Shown piece after piece: positions 34,101-45,182 of a stretch of 64,000 nucleotides of DNA. Numbering within the stretch: the first letter of the stretch is position 1; every line of letters begins with the position of its first letter. Position numbers and translations under genes: made by a program. The notes beneath the pieces were generated by a model. It searched no databases, was not told where the DNA came from, and saw only the letters and a list, made by a program, of their open reading frames with translations. This stretch comes from Cyanidioschyzon merolae (Eukaryota). The stretch lies in NCBI GenBank assembly GCA_000091205.1, contig AP006490.2, one strand, 5' to 3'.

Positions 34101-34185
34101 GCAGCGATCAAGGCAGGTTTCCGTAGATCGGACGTACCTCGAGCAAGTGCTTGGACGTCTCGGCTATTTCGGAAACACACGATGA
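31120..34185 (+). CDS. Large hypothetical protein of about 1020 aa, predominantly alpha-helical and Leu-rich. No family was recognised.
   Basis: A 3-kb uninterrupted ORF. The track start 31105 is TTG, and the first ATG is at 31120 (MQSDDATELG...). Leu/Ala/Glu-rich heptad-like composition runs throughout. A central low-complexity Ser/Ala/Pro segment is present (APAAARAPAQSPTTDTD...). The general look of a tethering-complex or scaffold subunit is an inference only. Confidence 0.45.
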   Translation: MQSDDATELGKHASHQDRETHSPEDSATKARALGTAADPLERYRALLSDSRSSSSRPPELPLLQELYGDVHAALVDVCCTFLDRLARLLQDEAATSAALGTGEALLQHNIALLTSVREARAVLLDPAQGSLWFPLRKAYAYRSRLAEAEKCYQIAVQAERIARHLATQDVVHDLTSFGRTLASLHESLEELRRFPSLKAATEELFSLEERSWSQFQQAWRKQLARWLAEMQHLPSTNLEETAVKSYNWPGIEVFFLRCQRQADFVEIVARLTAESIEQRLRTNAAVARVEEALTTLATESAQPGRQLRLVWGPGALLADSMTATWILGGKEQLEALQTLATHVPSALEQYQEQLQTYSRLWQELLETSAPAAARAPAQSPTTDTDFKRGTSASVSSSPLDERQQAAASDASSAQQPDASISTRHAALVTMLFRMSLSRLWNEFTRLASLDTFRSQQILEASTAPDGFALTPVAALASLTQTLYRSGTETLRCLWHTLVVTPTDTSTVSTVRNALLEKELIRVYDLCLMPRLVVAMSAGHGLLAPQVLMEAPLHPEGTEDIPEVAALQSLASTGDAFAMHSPRTLEALCVEMRALCEQSAQQTCSERTQNMRKATRILKKMTGFSVSLRLAFGRRLEQQWKEWLPQDCGLSLLGSLLPAMQDEVVRFQTWFTEAFCSMLHLVRVQRAEPSTTVPSLSPGLTSNGSIAEERLSANDASDYSRAFQTVFEALHELLSWTLDVVASVAHQKDATRQVQETQRLAELVQLLEDQPLALQRVSESAVSASASPLAVLWALARDPALRDTYFADWNDTEHPVSRSVEQLARSVVPALVQARTLIRALGEALFAETLLRLEATLRLPGVHPEPDYDTSLDLPALSEHPSEAMIAFGERLLALPSLLEPVLSNVRSVVHLRCLTLPLSLPDDTAMQSNWEAHMQRIVGQVYRDSRDMERSPRGSGTSIELATAARSWLLCMLTPLTERAFRALRGAETEPSLSQRSRQVSVDRTYLEQVLGRLGYFGNTR

Positions 34186-35005
34186 CAAACAAAAGTACAT
34201 CGGTACTCGTGATGCGCTCAGGATCGCCTGAAGCGCCAGCTCAGACGACTTTGACAGTTGCAGAGCGCATGTTCATGCAGGTCGGTGAGCGCTTGTCGGG
34301 TACTCAGTGCGGCAGCGCGTACAACAGTGATACGCTTTGTCGGCATGGATTTCCGGAGCCTGCTCTAGAGACCGCTCGTTCTGGTACTCGGATACGTGAC
34401 ATTTCCTCTGCTAGAGAACGTGTCCAAATGGCTCGAGTCAGGTCTACATACTGGCAAGTTTACTGTAATAAGTGCAACGCTCTGGGCTCAGCGGTTGCTT
34501 CGACTACTGTTTCTGTTCTTGTTCCTACCATTCCTCCCATTGCGATTCCTGTTCCTGGTGCCTCCAGTTACTTTACACCGCAGACGCATGCATTCATCAG
34601 CACACGACACGAGCTCTATGCACGGGTACGGCGGTATGAAAATCGCTCAGGCGCTTGCTGTTGCCTCACGTCAGCAAGTCCCGTCGGTGCCCCGCCGCAT
34701 CCCTCGAAACAACCAGCGCGCGATGAAGCAGGTTTCGCGAACCAGTTCTTGTTTGTACGGGATCCGATGTTCGCAGTTGTGCCTCAAGCAATGATCGTTG
34801 CCAGATACCTGTGGAACCCGCCTGCTTTTCGATAAAATGAGTGCATCTTCGACGCTCCCACACCGACGATCAACACGGAGCGCCCATGTATTCGCTGCGG
34901 ATTGTGGTGACGCAGCCAAGCCCTTGCAGACAAACGCAGGCATCTGTTCTGGTTGCCTGCGAGCATACCGACGACGCCAAGGCGTCCGGTAACCCAGCAC
35001 AGGTC

Positions 35006-36559
35006 TCAGAGCGAATTCTGGTTTTCGTGCTTTCCCTCGACAACGGATATCTCTGTGGATGCCTCTGGAGCTAGACTTGCCTCCGAACTGGGTTCTGCCT
35101 CGGCTGCACTGGACCAGAGCCAAGCAGCTGGTTCCGGAATCATCGGCTGTGCGGTAGGTAAAGCTGGTGGCTGATCATCCCTCCCAACCAGATAGATATT
35201 CATGTTCTGGTTGGCTATGGGTTCGTATATCCTCATAAACTGCATCTCCAGCTGGGTGAGCGCGGTTAAAACGCTTTCGCGCTGGGTTCGCTCCCGACCG
35301 CACCAGGTTTTGTGCACGTGCCTGCGAGCCGCCTCCAGGGTTTCGAACCCGTCATGACAGGCGGCGAGTGCTGCCCCGCGGTTTTGCTTCTCGGTCTCAT
35401 CCTGGGACCATAGGCTCATTCCCTGAAGCATACGTGCCCACGCAGTGCTCGTCCGCAGCCGAAACCGCAGATACTCTACCCACCCCTGTAAACGCTCTCC
35501 ATCGACCTCTGTCCGCGAATGCGCATCGGTGGGTGTGATGTCCTCCAGCACAGTGAGCGCTTCCTCGAAGCGCGCCATTGCCGCGTGCGCAGACGCTGCC
35601 CAGCCGCTTAGATCTTCATGTTGCGGTAGTGTGCCGGCAGTTGCTTTGGGAAGCTTTGCTCGAAATCCCCGCACAACTGCCACCATCTCCGCGTGCCCCA
35701 GACACTGGAGCAGCAGCGCGTCAATCACGGCATCCTGGAGATCAACTGGAAGCGCGGATACTGCCTCTTCATTGGGGTAATGTTCGTTCCGAATCTCCTT
35801 CAGAGCTTGAAGCTCTTCTGCTGCTTCAACAAGCAACTGTTGAACGCGTTCGCGCCGCGTATCCCACGCTGGCGCTTTGCGGGGTGCGCTCTGCTTCCGA
35901 CTGCCGTTCCGGCGTTTCGAGTCCTGATCCGGGATGCGTTCCGGATCAAAGACGCTGTCCGTGAGCTCCCCTTCTGGATCGCTCGCTACCCGCTTGGCTC
36001 GCATCAGCGTCGATAACGCCAGTGCGTACACAACGTTCACCACTTCGAAGCCGCTATCGCCTTTATGAAAGCGATCCCCTGACGCAAGCAACCCCGTCCA
36101 GGCGTACTTGGCATTTTCCTCGGCCGAGGCGTCTTCTTTGGAAAGCGCTTGCAAATATTTCGCAACGCGAGAACGCGTCAGCCTTTTGACGTGAACCCTG
36201 GTCGCCTTCGACGCCCCCGCACTGTCTGCTGCAACGTACCGTTGGCGTAACGAGAGCGCAGTGTCCGCTGCTGTTGCCTCTAGTGCTCGGGTGTACTTGC
36301 GCCCAGGAACATAGACGAAAAGGTCCACTGGAACAATCACCTCGAACTGTCCTGTGTCATGTCTACCGTCTAAAAGTGAATAGCACCCACCCATTCCTGA
36401 GACAGTGAGCGGTGCGTGAGCTTCAGTTGAAGGAGGAATTGTTTTTTTAGAACATTGGTGCGCGTCGCACAGCTTCACGTCGAAGCGAAGCTGCGATCTC
36501 CAGCGGACGCCCGCTGGCTGCGTGCACCGCGTATCGAGCGCCGTTTTTGCGGTGCGCAT
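35006..36559 (-). CDS. Hypothetical 517-aa protein, possibly BRO1-domain-like.
   Basis: ATG at 36559. The segment SGFEVVNVVYALALSTLMRAKRVASD resembles the BRO1-domain block (slxfEkasvLfNlaAlysqiA), but the similarity is weak. A basic region follows (SKRRNGSRKQSAPRKAP), and the C-terminus is Ala/Ser/Glu-rich. Confidence 0.4.
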   Translation of the reverse strand: MRTAKTALDTRCTQPAGVRWRSQLRFDVKLCDAHQCSKKTIPPSTEAHAPLTVSGMGGCYSLLDGRHDTGQFEVIVPVDLFVYVPGRKYTRALEATAADTALSLRQRYVAADSAGASKATRVHVKRLTRSRVAKYLQALSKEDASAEENAKYAWTGLLASGDRFHKGDSGFEVVNVVYALALSTLMRAKRVASDPEGELTDSVFDPERIPDQDSKRRNGSRKQSAPRKAPAWDTRRERVQQLLVEAAEELQALKEIRNEHYPNEEAVSALPVDLQDAVIDALLLQCLGHAEMVAVVRGFRAKLPKATAGTLPQHEDLSGWAASAHAAMARFEEALTVLEDITPTDAHSRTEVDGERLQGWVEYLRFRLRTSTAWARMLQGMSLWSQDETEKQNRGAALAACHDGFETLEAARRHVHKTWCGRERTQRESVLTALTQLEMQFMRIYEPIANQNMNIYLVGRDDQPPALPTAQPMIPEPAAWLWSSAAEAEPSSEASLAPEASTEISVVEGKHENQNSL

Positions 36560-37312
36560 GATGCTGGGAAGTTTTGTCGCAGATAAAGATTCAGCCTCTC
36601 GTGTCGCCTTCGACGGTGCAGGACTGAAGCACCTATGCGCTGCGCAGCATCAACGCGAACGGTTAGAGACAGACAGAAAGGGAATCGCCAACGACTCTGT
36701 GTGTTGCGTGAACTTCAGACAGAGCTTGCACACCGTGATCAAGGTTCGTTCAAGCGCTCTTGGTGGTGCAGTCAAGGGTGTTGTGCGTGGCTATCATAGT
36801 GCTTTTAGCGCTGGTATCGTTGCTGCACGGAGGCGGAGCGGCCTGACAACGTCTTGAGAGAGACGTCGGCTCCAGAAAGTGCGGCTTCCCGTTGTGTGCC
36901 CGTCTAGCGCCTGCATCTGGTTCTTATGGAGAAGCGCGTTCCGATACGGCTGGAAGCGTTGTCGGTGTGAAGGCAGCGCCATCGTCTCGCCGAGCACGGT
37001 GGCGCTAGTACGCGCGAATGCATGCCGGGCCTCCGCTGCTGACTGGCGGTGCTTCACGTGGCAGCACGTTCACGCAAGGAACAACAGCGCGTTCAGAGCG
37101 TTGCGTTGCCAGCGAGTGCCGGGGTTGCACTGCGCTACAGCCTAATGGCGTTGCTCACCTGCATGGACTAAGTGCCAGTTGGTGGATTCTGCAAAATACG
37201 GGGATTCGCTTTGATCGAATGCGAGCGCACGCCAGATGCTTCTCGGAACGCAATATGTCGTGCACGCGATCGGCATTGACGGAGACCGCACTGAGTGTTT
37301 CTTATGCAAATG

Positions 37313-37689
37313 CACTGAACAGTAGCGCATTGCTCGAATAAGCCCATGATAGGCGTCTTCCATGGATGATGTATATCGTTCGTACGTAATTGCACGAGCG
37401 CAGATACACTGAACAGTAGCGCATTGCTCGAATAAGCCCATGATAGGCGTCTTCCATGGATGATGTATATCGTTCGTACGTAATTGCACGAGCGCAGATA
37501 CACTGAACAGTAGCGCATTGCTCGAATAAGCCCATGATAGGCATCTTCCATGGATGATGTATATCGTTCGTACGTAATTGCACGAGCGCAGATACACTGA
37601 ACAGTAGCGCATTGCTCGAATAAGCCCATGATAGGCATCTTCCATGGATGATGTATATCGTTCGTATGTAATTGCACGAGCGCAGATAC
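37313..37689. repeat. Four tandem copies with a 94-bp period.
   Basis: The unit cactgaacagtagcgcattgctcgaataagcccatgataggc[g/a]tcttccatggatgatgtatatcgttcgta[c/t]gtaattgcacgagcgcagata starts at 37313, 37407, 37501 and 37595. It lies in the divergent intergenic region between the 35006..36559 gene and the cytochrome-b5-reductase-like gene. Confidence 0.9.
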
Positions 37690-38938
37690 ATAAAAGGTTT
37701 TCGCTCGTTCATGCGGTATCCTCGGCGATGCATCCATCCCATACACACCAAGCATCGATGCTGCGTCGAGTGTAGGTCACCGTAATCCGTACGAATCCAT
37801 TCCCGCCCCCGGGCAACTAGGACTCCATGCTGACGTCTTTCATGCGACTGCAACTAGGCGACGGATTCCGGTTCCGCAGATGCTTCATAGATTGTTTGCT
37901 TGTTTGCTCATCTAGTTACACATATTCAAATGACCACCAGACTTGCATGACGAAAACGACCGCGTTGCTGCACGATCATCTCGGGCTAATGCGAGACTCG
38001 TCCTCATGCACGAAAGGCCAAGTTCGGGGTTCATTCAAGTTCTTCCTAGCGATGCCACGCTCTTGCAAGCGCTCGATCTACACCGATGATCGAGACCGTC
38101 TCCAGACCTAGTCAGGACGCAAAGTCCATTCTGAGGCCCGCTTCTCGTCCCGTGACGATAGAGCGTACGTACCTCAATTATAGCGTTTCGTCGGTGAGTG
38201 TGCGGCGCATCATAGCGATGCTGCGTAGGCCAATGGTTATAGCTTTGTACGCTGTGCTGGGCAGCCGAAGGAGTTGAATGCCGTTCGAGTGCTCTGTCCG
38301 CTCTATATTGGACGCGAAACAACTGCTGTCACAATTGACCAGAGAAATGGCTATCCGGTTGGTTAGTATTCGGGAGAGAACGCTCGAAAAGACTGCGCTC
38401 TACCAAACGTTCACTTTCTTTATGCAGTCGTTGCGCGTCGCATGGACTTTGGGATGCATTCTGAACGAAGGTTACGCTTCAGGTAGTATCGGCCTGCACA
38501 AGCAGAGAGTGAGAGAGACAAACCTTGTCTGTGCTGCTCTTTGTGGGCGAAGGCCGATACAGTCTGCGCATCTTTTTTTTCTGGCAGCGTCTGTGAACGA
38601 GTATTCCGCGCCTTCATCCCCGACAACGCCTAATCAGGACATCATGGACCTCCATATGCTACTCTGAACACACCCATGTATGCCACATCATTAATAGGCG
38701 TCAAGGACTCAATGTTGGGATCTTTTATCCTGCTTGAAGATTGATCAGTTCGTGACAGGCCTGAGATACCACCAACGCACACCTGGCACAGTTGGAACGG
38801 CGACGACCGCCTTGCCTCTCCAAACGCCCGGCGCACCGTATAGTCTTTTTGGCTACGAAGCGAGCCCGTTGTCGTGCCGAGCTCTCGAGCGGTCCGCATC
38901 ATACTTCGCGGACGGTGCTCGTTTCACTTCGTGCTCAA

Positions 38939-39981
38939 TGTTGCGACTAGGTCGAATGCGTTCTCTGGCGAGCGCAGCAGCGGCTGCAACTGCGGCTGCG
39001 GTGCTATCGCTCACCACTGTTGACTCGGGCTCGAACGGGTCTCTGGGAACGCCACCAGCGGCTTTGCGTTTCAACGCGTTACTCAGACGCGCGGCTGGTA
39101 CCTGGAGCGCAGAGGCACAGTCCCTGGATCTTCGTCTTGGTGGAGGACAGCTGGTCCTTCGGCCGGATGCTTGGACGAGCTGGAAACTGGTACGAGCCAC
39201 AGCCGAGACGCCTACCACAAAGCGACTTGTTCTGGAACCTATCGCGGATCCTGAGTCCGGTATCACCGTTGCGACAAGCACGCCACTAGAAATCCCACCG
39301 ATATCTTGCGTACTTTTCCGAGCTACCCCCGGAGAGCCGGCAGGCGAACCCGTGGTCAGACCCTACAACCCTATCAGCCCGCGGTATACCAACGGCCCGC
39401 TGACATTCCTTGTGCGGCAATACCCGGACGGACGCATGTCGAACCTGTTGCACGATATGCGTCCGGGGGACACCATACAGCTTAAGGGTCCTTTCGAACA
39501 GTATCGTTTTGTGGAGAAGGATCATGCCAACCAGCAGATTGTCTTCATTGCTGGTGGCACCGGGCTAACCCCGTGCCTGCAACTAATCCATGACCTCGTG
39601 GAGCGACAGCGGGAACCGGAGCCAGAGAAGCGACCCTCCAAGTTGACGTTGATTTTTGCCAACAACACGGAAATGGAAATTTTGCTTCGCGAGGAGCTGG
39701 ATGAAATGGCTGCATCCAGTAATGGTTTCTTAGATATTCATTATTTGGTTCGGGAAGCCCCTCTGGTGCCGGGACCGCAACTCATGCAAGGAATCGTGTC
39801 GCGGCGGTATCTGGAAGAGCGCCTGCCGCCTCCGGAACAGAACCCACTGATTTTCGTGTGTGGCCCACCGGGAATGATGGAGCTGGTAAGTGGACCTAAG
39901 ACCAAGGATAAGAAGCAGGGGCAGCTCGCTGGAATCCTCCGCGATCTCGGGTACACAGAGTCCCATGTCTGGAAGCTGTAA
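38939..39981 (+). CDS. NADH-cytochrome-b5-reductase-like FAD/NAD(P)-binding oxidoreductase with a presequence-like N-terminus.
   Basis: The track ORF starts at TTG (38734), and the first ATG is at 38939 (MLRLGRMRSLASAAAAATAAAVLSL...), which is Arg/Ala-rich like a mitochondrial presequence. The FAD-binding RPYNPIS motif is present. NAD-binding motifs: FIAGGTGLTPCLQLI and FVCGPPGMM. Confidence 0.8.
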
Positions 39982-40071
39982 CGCAACGATTTATCCGAAC
40001 TTGCTGGAGTGGTACGCAGCGGCACCTCTCTAGGCATCAGGTGTGCGAGAAGCGTTGCCGTGTCCAGTAGC

Positions 40072-40100
40072 TGCCGCCGCCGCCGCCGCCGCCGCCGCTG
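40072..40100. repeat. (GCC)n trinucleotide microsatellite of about 9 units.
   Basis: ctgccgccgccgccgccgccgccgctgttgctgct lies about 90 bp downstream of the reductase stop codon. Confidence 0.9.
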
Positions 40101-42701
40101 TTGCTGCTCGTATGCGCACAGGAGACGTCCCTGGGTGCGGCTTCGAGCTTGTTCCTATTAGGTCTGCGTTTATCCAATTTTTGGCTGTAACATGGAATGG
40201 AAGCGCAACATCCAGCAGGAATGCTACTTGCTTGGTTGCCTGCGGTGCGCTGGACCACGGTTTACCCAGCACTGTATCAGCAAACAGGAATACCTACACG
40301 TACCCGTGCGTGGAGCACTTGCATCGCCTCCTGGTGATTCGCAAGTGCGAGCGCTGCTTACACGCTACGATGAAAGTGCATTTGCATCCAGCGCAGAGGC
40401 TTTTGCGGTTCCTCGCGACAACCATTGTGCAGGGCATGGTCTGGCAGATGGACTAGAAATAGCCTTGCTGTCCTTGAAAGCTGTTGATCAGAGCGGATGG
40501 CGGTGGAATGTACCCCGAAAGCTTCACCTACGAGCAGACTCGATGGATTGCGATGCTGAAACGTTAACCGGAGACGCCTGGACGAGGGTCCAGTACACTG
40601 CGGTTGGTGAGCGCTGCTCGCTTGGTTACGGAATGAACCCCGTTGTATGATTGCGTAAACGACTGGAAGTATCATGTAAGGAACGAAGTACGAATCCTGA
40701 ATGTAGATGTTCGGGTGGTCTGCCGAGTGCCCTGGTCCAGGGGCGCGGTGCCGCCGACGCTCCTCACGCAAAACGTGGACGAGCAGGTCCGATGAAGGGC
40801 GCTGCCTGGCAAGCGCCCTTTTCTCTCTGTTTCTCAAATAGAGGTGCGAGGTGGCTACCCCATGTGGATTGATCGCAAAGCCGAGCAGTTGATCGCATCC
40901 CCGGATGTCGCCAGCGCTGCTACTGCTGGTACTACTACTTCTTCGTTTGAACTGATGACTGCTTGCGAGGGTATTGTATCCCAAGCGAGTATTCGCAGTC
41001 TATTCCGTACGCAGAATCACATTGCAGCTCTGGATGCACCCTATTTTGAAGCGAATGCGGGTACACCCACCAAATAAATGGATGTTGGGCACTTGATATA
41101 CTAACTGGAGTTCACAGCCATCGACAGGATTTTCACTTCAATGCGCAACGGATCGAAGAGCGCGCCCACTAGCGAGCCCATCAGCACCATCTGTACTTCA
41201 ACTTCGGAATGAGATGGAACGGATCGTCTAAATCAGGCGCACACTCGAAAGCTTGGGTCTATTCTCGTTGTCATTAACAGCATGATTTATGAGCTTTATC
41301 TGTAATCACCTCCCTTTCCTCTTTCTGGCGTTCAACGCATCGGACCTGCGAGTCCCTGCAGTCACGTTGTCAGCAGTCGAAGGATGTTGATGGAAGCACT
41401 CAAGTCCCGATTTGGAAGTTTTCCAGTTCTCTCGATGCATTTGGTGCACAAACAGGAGTCGTGATCTACGTTTCGCCTGCGATGCAAGATTTCCCTACGT
41501 ATGAAACCTCAGTGCACCATTCGTAATAACGACACGTGACTGTGGTCACGTGTTCCTATAAATCATCTGGTAGTCCGTCTCCAAGGGTCACGCCACAGCG
41601 TGCGCAGGCCTGCTTCATCATGCGGCACATTCCGTTGACGGGTAAAGAAGGTGCCTGACGGTGGACTCCACCGAACCCGCGCCCGGTGCCATATCCTAGG
41701 ATCACGGGCTTCTTCTGGACGATCCACTCCTCGAGTACTCTGTGCTCAGCATGCGCAAGTGCACGCTGTCGCATTCGATAGAGGATACATGGAAAGCGAT
41801 GTTGTCCACGATGGATTAGGTACCTGAAAAGCAATTCATACTGGAGAAAAAATGACTTCGATTCGTCTACGCTCCCTTCCCGCAAGAACGCTGACGCGTT
41901 TTGCACTGGAGGCGATCACTACGATGATTCGTGTCCGAGTCCAAGACGCTTCTCGATGGAAACCAGACAGACAGAAGCCTCGAGGCGTACTTCCCGTGAT
42001 CGATATCATGCTGATGCGGAATGCGATTGCATCGATGGCGACGAAGAGATGAGGAGTTCGCTTTCCAACGAAAACGACGAACGGTTTACCTGAAAACTTC
42101 GTTAGAGTCTCTGGATGAACGGATGAGCAAGTCGTCAGTGGATGGCGTCGAGTGCTTTCCGTCGTCGTCCCAGGTGCGCGGCTTGCCGCGCCCACAACTT
42201 GCCCTGAAACGGAAAGATCGAAAACATGAAGCATCCGTGACATGGGCATGCTGCAGGGAAGCAACCGATACGAATGGGTCCCTGTAAGTGCAGATCGGAT
42301 AACGTTATTGGTGTTTCTACGAACCCTCGTTCGAAGGCGTCACGAAGGTGCTTGAATCCGGTGACGCAACAAAATCCATCTGCCAAGTATCGAAGGTGCC
42401 ACTCCGAAACGACGACCAGGTATCCTACTACTACGACGTTCGGATGTGTCATTTTTTATCGCCAAACGTCGAATGTCCAAGCTACAGATCTACAAAAAAG
42501 GTTGGAAGAGAACTCGTAAGACAAGAGCAGACCGCGCACATCCGTCTTTCATGTTCATTGAAGATGCGTTCAGATCACGCTGCCAGCGTACCGTGTGCTA
42601 GATCGCTCCTCTCAGCTGTTGCTCGAGCAGCTTTTCTCATAGGTGCGCCAGAAACGCCTACCTTTCCTGATGGTCTCGCTGCAACATCGCTGTCTCAAAG
42701 C

Positions 42702-42870
42702 GGGCGCTTCACCCATATCAAAGCGTTCCAGTCGGGGCCAGGAAACGCTGATCTTAATGATTCGACGTAGAGGAGGTTTCTCGTACGTATTTCTGTGTAT
42801 ATGAAAATGCTTCACCCGTATCGGAGCGCTCCAGCCCGAGGCAGGAAACGCTGATCTTGCCTATTCGACG
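42702..42870. repeat. Diverged two-copy tandem duplication of about 60 bp per copy.
   Basis: cttcacccatatcaaagcgttccagtcggggccaggaaacgctgatcttaatgattcgacg is followed by cttcacccgtatcggagcgctccagcccgaggcaggaaacgctgatcttgcctattcgacg. It lies at or just beyond the 3' end of the PUS1-like gene. Confidence 0.7.
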
Positions 42871-45182
42871 CAAGCAACTCCTTGTATATCCACTGCTCGA
42901 TCCGTGTAAAGACGCTCACAGTACGCGAGGCATTCTACAGTGCTTGGCTGACGAGGCAGTTTCCCATTTTCAGCTGCTGCCTGTAGTTCTTGGCGCAGTC
43001 TTGCGAGCTCGGGACCTGGCAGCAGATTGAAATGGATCGCCATTGTCGTTTGGATACCACGCGGAAGTTCCACAGTGCTACCCGCCCGGTGCGCTTTCTG
43101 TGGGTCCGTAGGCATTGACTGATGTCGCCTTTCCTCTGCAGCAGCGGTAACACGCTCTCGCCACAGCCGATATTGTTCCACGAGTTGCTCTTGATGACAA
43201 TACACAACCTTAGCACCTTGTGCCGGATCGAGAAAAGCTTTCCATTCTAGCTGACCAATGGCGCATACCTGGGGAATTAAGGTTTCCTGCCGAAAGCGCT
43301 GCATTCGCGCCTTGATCCTGGGACTCGGGACCAGTCGGAAGAGACGACGACGTGGATCCCAGAACGATGGTTGATAGAGCATCAGGCAGGAGCCGGGAGC
43401 GCGCCAAAAAACTACTCGATAGGGACCTTCAAGGGCGGCCTCTAACGCTTCTAGGGATAGATGGCCCCGAGCCACAAGGATCCCAGCACCGATGAGCCGC
43501 CGAATCTGATGGAGCACGAACGACTGACCTCGAACACGCACGAGGAGAAAGTCACACCCGTGATCATCCCTGCTCAAAAAGGGCTCTACATGGAAACGGT
43601 AGAGCGTTCGAAGATAATAGGGTCGGCGGAGGCGATCCAGGTGCGCAACGGGATACGCGACCTGCACCATGCGGCGAAACGGCTCCCGCGCTTCCAGCTG
43701 AACGCAGCGTGCATCATCGTGCTCGATAGGAGCCCGCTCCTTGTCCGGATGAATCTCTTGAATGACTTGCTTTGCGATATCCAGTTCTTGTTGAAAGCGT
43801 GATGGCGGGCGTGTCGTTGTGCGGGCTTGCATCGTTCCCTCCATTTCGCCTTGTGCACTGGCGTTGTTCCCGTGTCCATTCTGTGATTCGGATTCGTGAT
43901 GAGGAACTGGTCCATGCGATGATCCATCCGCATCGCTCTGTTCTTGTTCGTTTCCCTGCAAATCTGCACGATTGCGTTTGGCAGCTGCTGCCTGTACGCT
44001 CGCCCCCGAGCCTGATCGATAATGCGCCGCTGGAGATGTTGTACCAAAAAAACCTTGCGCTCGATCATCCCGAAAGCGATGCAGTGATGCGCGCCCCTTC
44101 TCATCATCATCTCGCTCGCATTGCTCGCCAGCCGTCGCATTCATCCATGTCCGGGTAGAAGCATCGGCTTCAGCGCCATCACTGCGGGATTCATGATGAT
44201 CATCTCGATCACAATCGATAGCCTCATCCTCATCGTCATCCCCATCTTCATCGTCGACATCGTCGTCATTGTCATCATCGGCCCCGTCCATGTCGCCGTT
44301 GAGCACTTTCGCTAGCGCATCATGACTCGTCTGCTTCCCGCGTCCTTGGATTCTGCGCTCTTTCCCACTAAAATTATGAAAGCGATGTGTTCCTTCGAAG
44401 CAGCGTAATGCCTGAAGGAATAGGTCCTCGCGTCCATCCAGCACCCAACGCGGCAGCAGGTAATCGTACTCACGCAGGGTGCACGCGGAACGAGCGCGGA
44501 AACCCTTGCTCATGCGTTGGCCCCCGAAAACTCGAATATTTGGTGGCAACTGGGCGTTGAGTCTGTCCACGAAAAGATCAGTTAGTTCGTCATTGCTCGT
44601 GAGGTCGCGTCTGAGGTCCAGTAGCAGTTTTGCCGACACGACATTGGCCACTGCGTGCACGCCCTTGTCGGTACGGGACGCTCGCGACCAGCAGATCTTG
44701 CTCAGTTTCATAAAGTTCAGTTCCGTTACTGCACCAATTCGATAGAGCGCTTGCGCAAGCTCGCCCTCAACGGTGCCATCGCGCAAGTCCACGGCTCTAT
44801 CGCCCGAGCCGGCCTCGTTGGCGGCAGTTGCCACTGGTTGCCGGCGTCGCGGCTCAAGAACCTGTGAGCCACGAAACTCCGTGCCAGCGTACCCGAACCA
44901 TAGGGCAATATTCCTTTTCTTCAAATTGTCTGTGGACTCAGAAGAAGCAGACTCGCTCATCGCTGAAAGCCACCGATGAGCAGTGAGCCTGATTGGCCTC
45001 GCTAGCGGGTACCAAAGCCGCTCTGGTTTGCAGCCACTAGTCCCTAACTGCTGGTCTCTGCGTAGCGTACGTGAACCTAGTTGCGTAGCGCTTCGTGTCC
45101 AAGGAAGCGTCCGTCCTCGAGAGAGGCAGCCAATGTCGGAAACACCCCAGGAGGACCAGCAAACCGTCCACAGACGCGGCAT
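42861..45182 (-). CDS. PUS1: TruA-family tRNA pseudouridine synthase, PUS1-like, with a very long acidic low-complexity insertion.
   Basis: ATG at 45182. The conserved domain starts IALWFGYAGTEFRGSQV. Catalytic-Asp motif: RTDKGVHAVANVVSAKL. PUS1-type blocks: FEGTHRFHNFS and GQSFVLHQIRRLIGAGI. About 250 aa separate these blocks, including NGDMDGADDDNDDDVDDEDGDDDEDEAIDCDRDDHHE and Ser/Gly/Asn/His-rich stretches. The first 75 aa before MSESASS... may be a targeting peptide or not translated. Confidence 0.8.
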   Translation of the reverse strand: MPRLWTVCWSSWGVSDIGCLSRGRTLPWTRSATQLGSRTLRRDQQLGTSGCKPERLWYPLARPIRLTAHRWLSAMSESASSESTDNLKKRNIALWFGYAGTEFRGSQVLEPRRRQPVATAANEAGSGDRAVDLRDGTVEGELAQALYRIGAVTELNFMKLSKICWSRASRTDKGVHAVANVVSAKLLLDLRRDLTSNDELTDLFVDRLNAQLPPNIRVFGGQRMSKGFRARSACTLREYDYLLPRWVLDGREDLFLQALRCFEGTHRFHNFSGKERRIQGRGKQTSHDALAKVLNGDMDGADDDNDDDVDDEDGDDDEDEAIDCDRDDHHESRSDGAEADASTRTWMNATAGEQCERDDDEKGRASLHRFRDDRAQGFFGTTSPAAHYRSGSGASVQAAAAKRNRADLQGNEQEQSDADGSSHGPVPHHESESQNGHGNNASAQGEMEGTMQARTTTRPPSRFQQELDIAKQVIQEIHPDKERAPIEHDDARCVQLEAREPFRRMVQVAYPVAHLDRLRRPYYLRTLYRFHVEPFLSRDDHGCDFLLVRVRGQSFVLHQIRRLIGAGILVARGHLSLEALEAALEGPYRVVFWRAPGSCLMLYQPSFWDPRRRLFRLVPSPRIKARMQRFRQETLIPQVCAIGQLEWKAFLDPAQGAKVVYCHQEQLVEQYRLWRERVTAAAEERRHQSMPTDPQKAHRAGSTVELPRGIQTTMAIHFNLLPGPELARLRQELQAAAENGKLPRQPSTVECLAYCERLYTDRAVDIQGVACVE

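Noticed and set aside
35320-35360. tRNA-like T-loop (GGGTTCGAAACCC on the minus strand)
   Set aside because: It has only a 3-bp stem and no acceptor or anticodon arms. It lies inside the coding region of the 35006..36559 gene. No convincing tRNA genes were spotted elsewhere by eye.
41556-41906. 116-aa ORF with a Cys-containing tail (…GYGTGRGFGGVHRQ…MCRMMKQACARCGV…), considered as a zinc-ribbon protein
   Set aside because: It has only a single CxxC pair. The Cys spacing is not diagnostic for any zinc-ribbon family I can name, and the evidence is insufficient.
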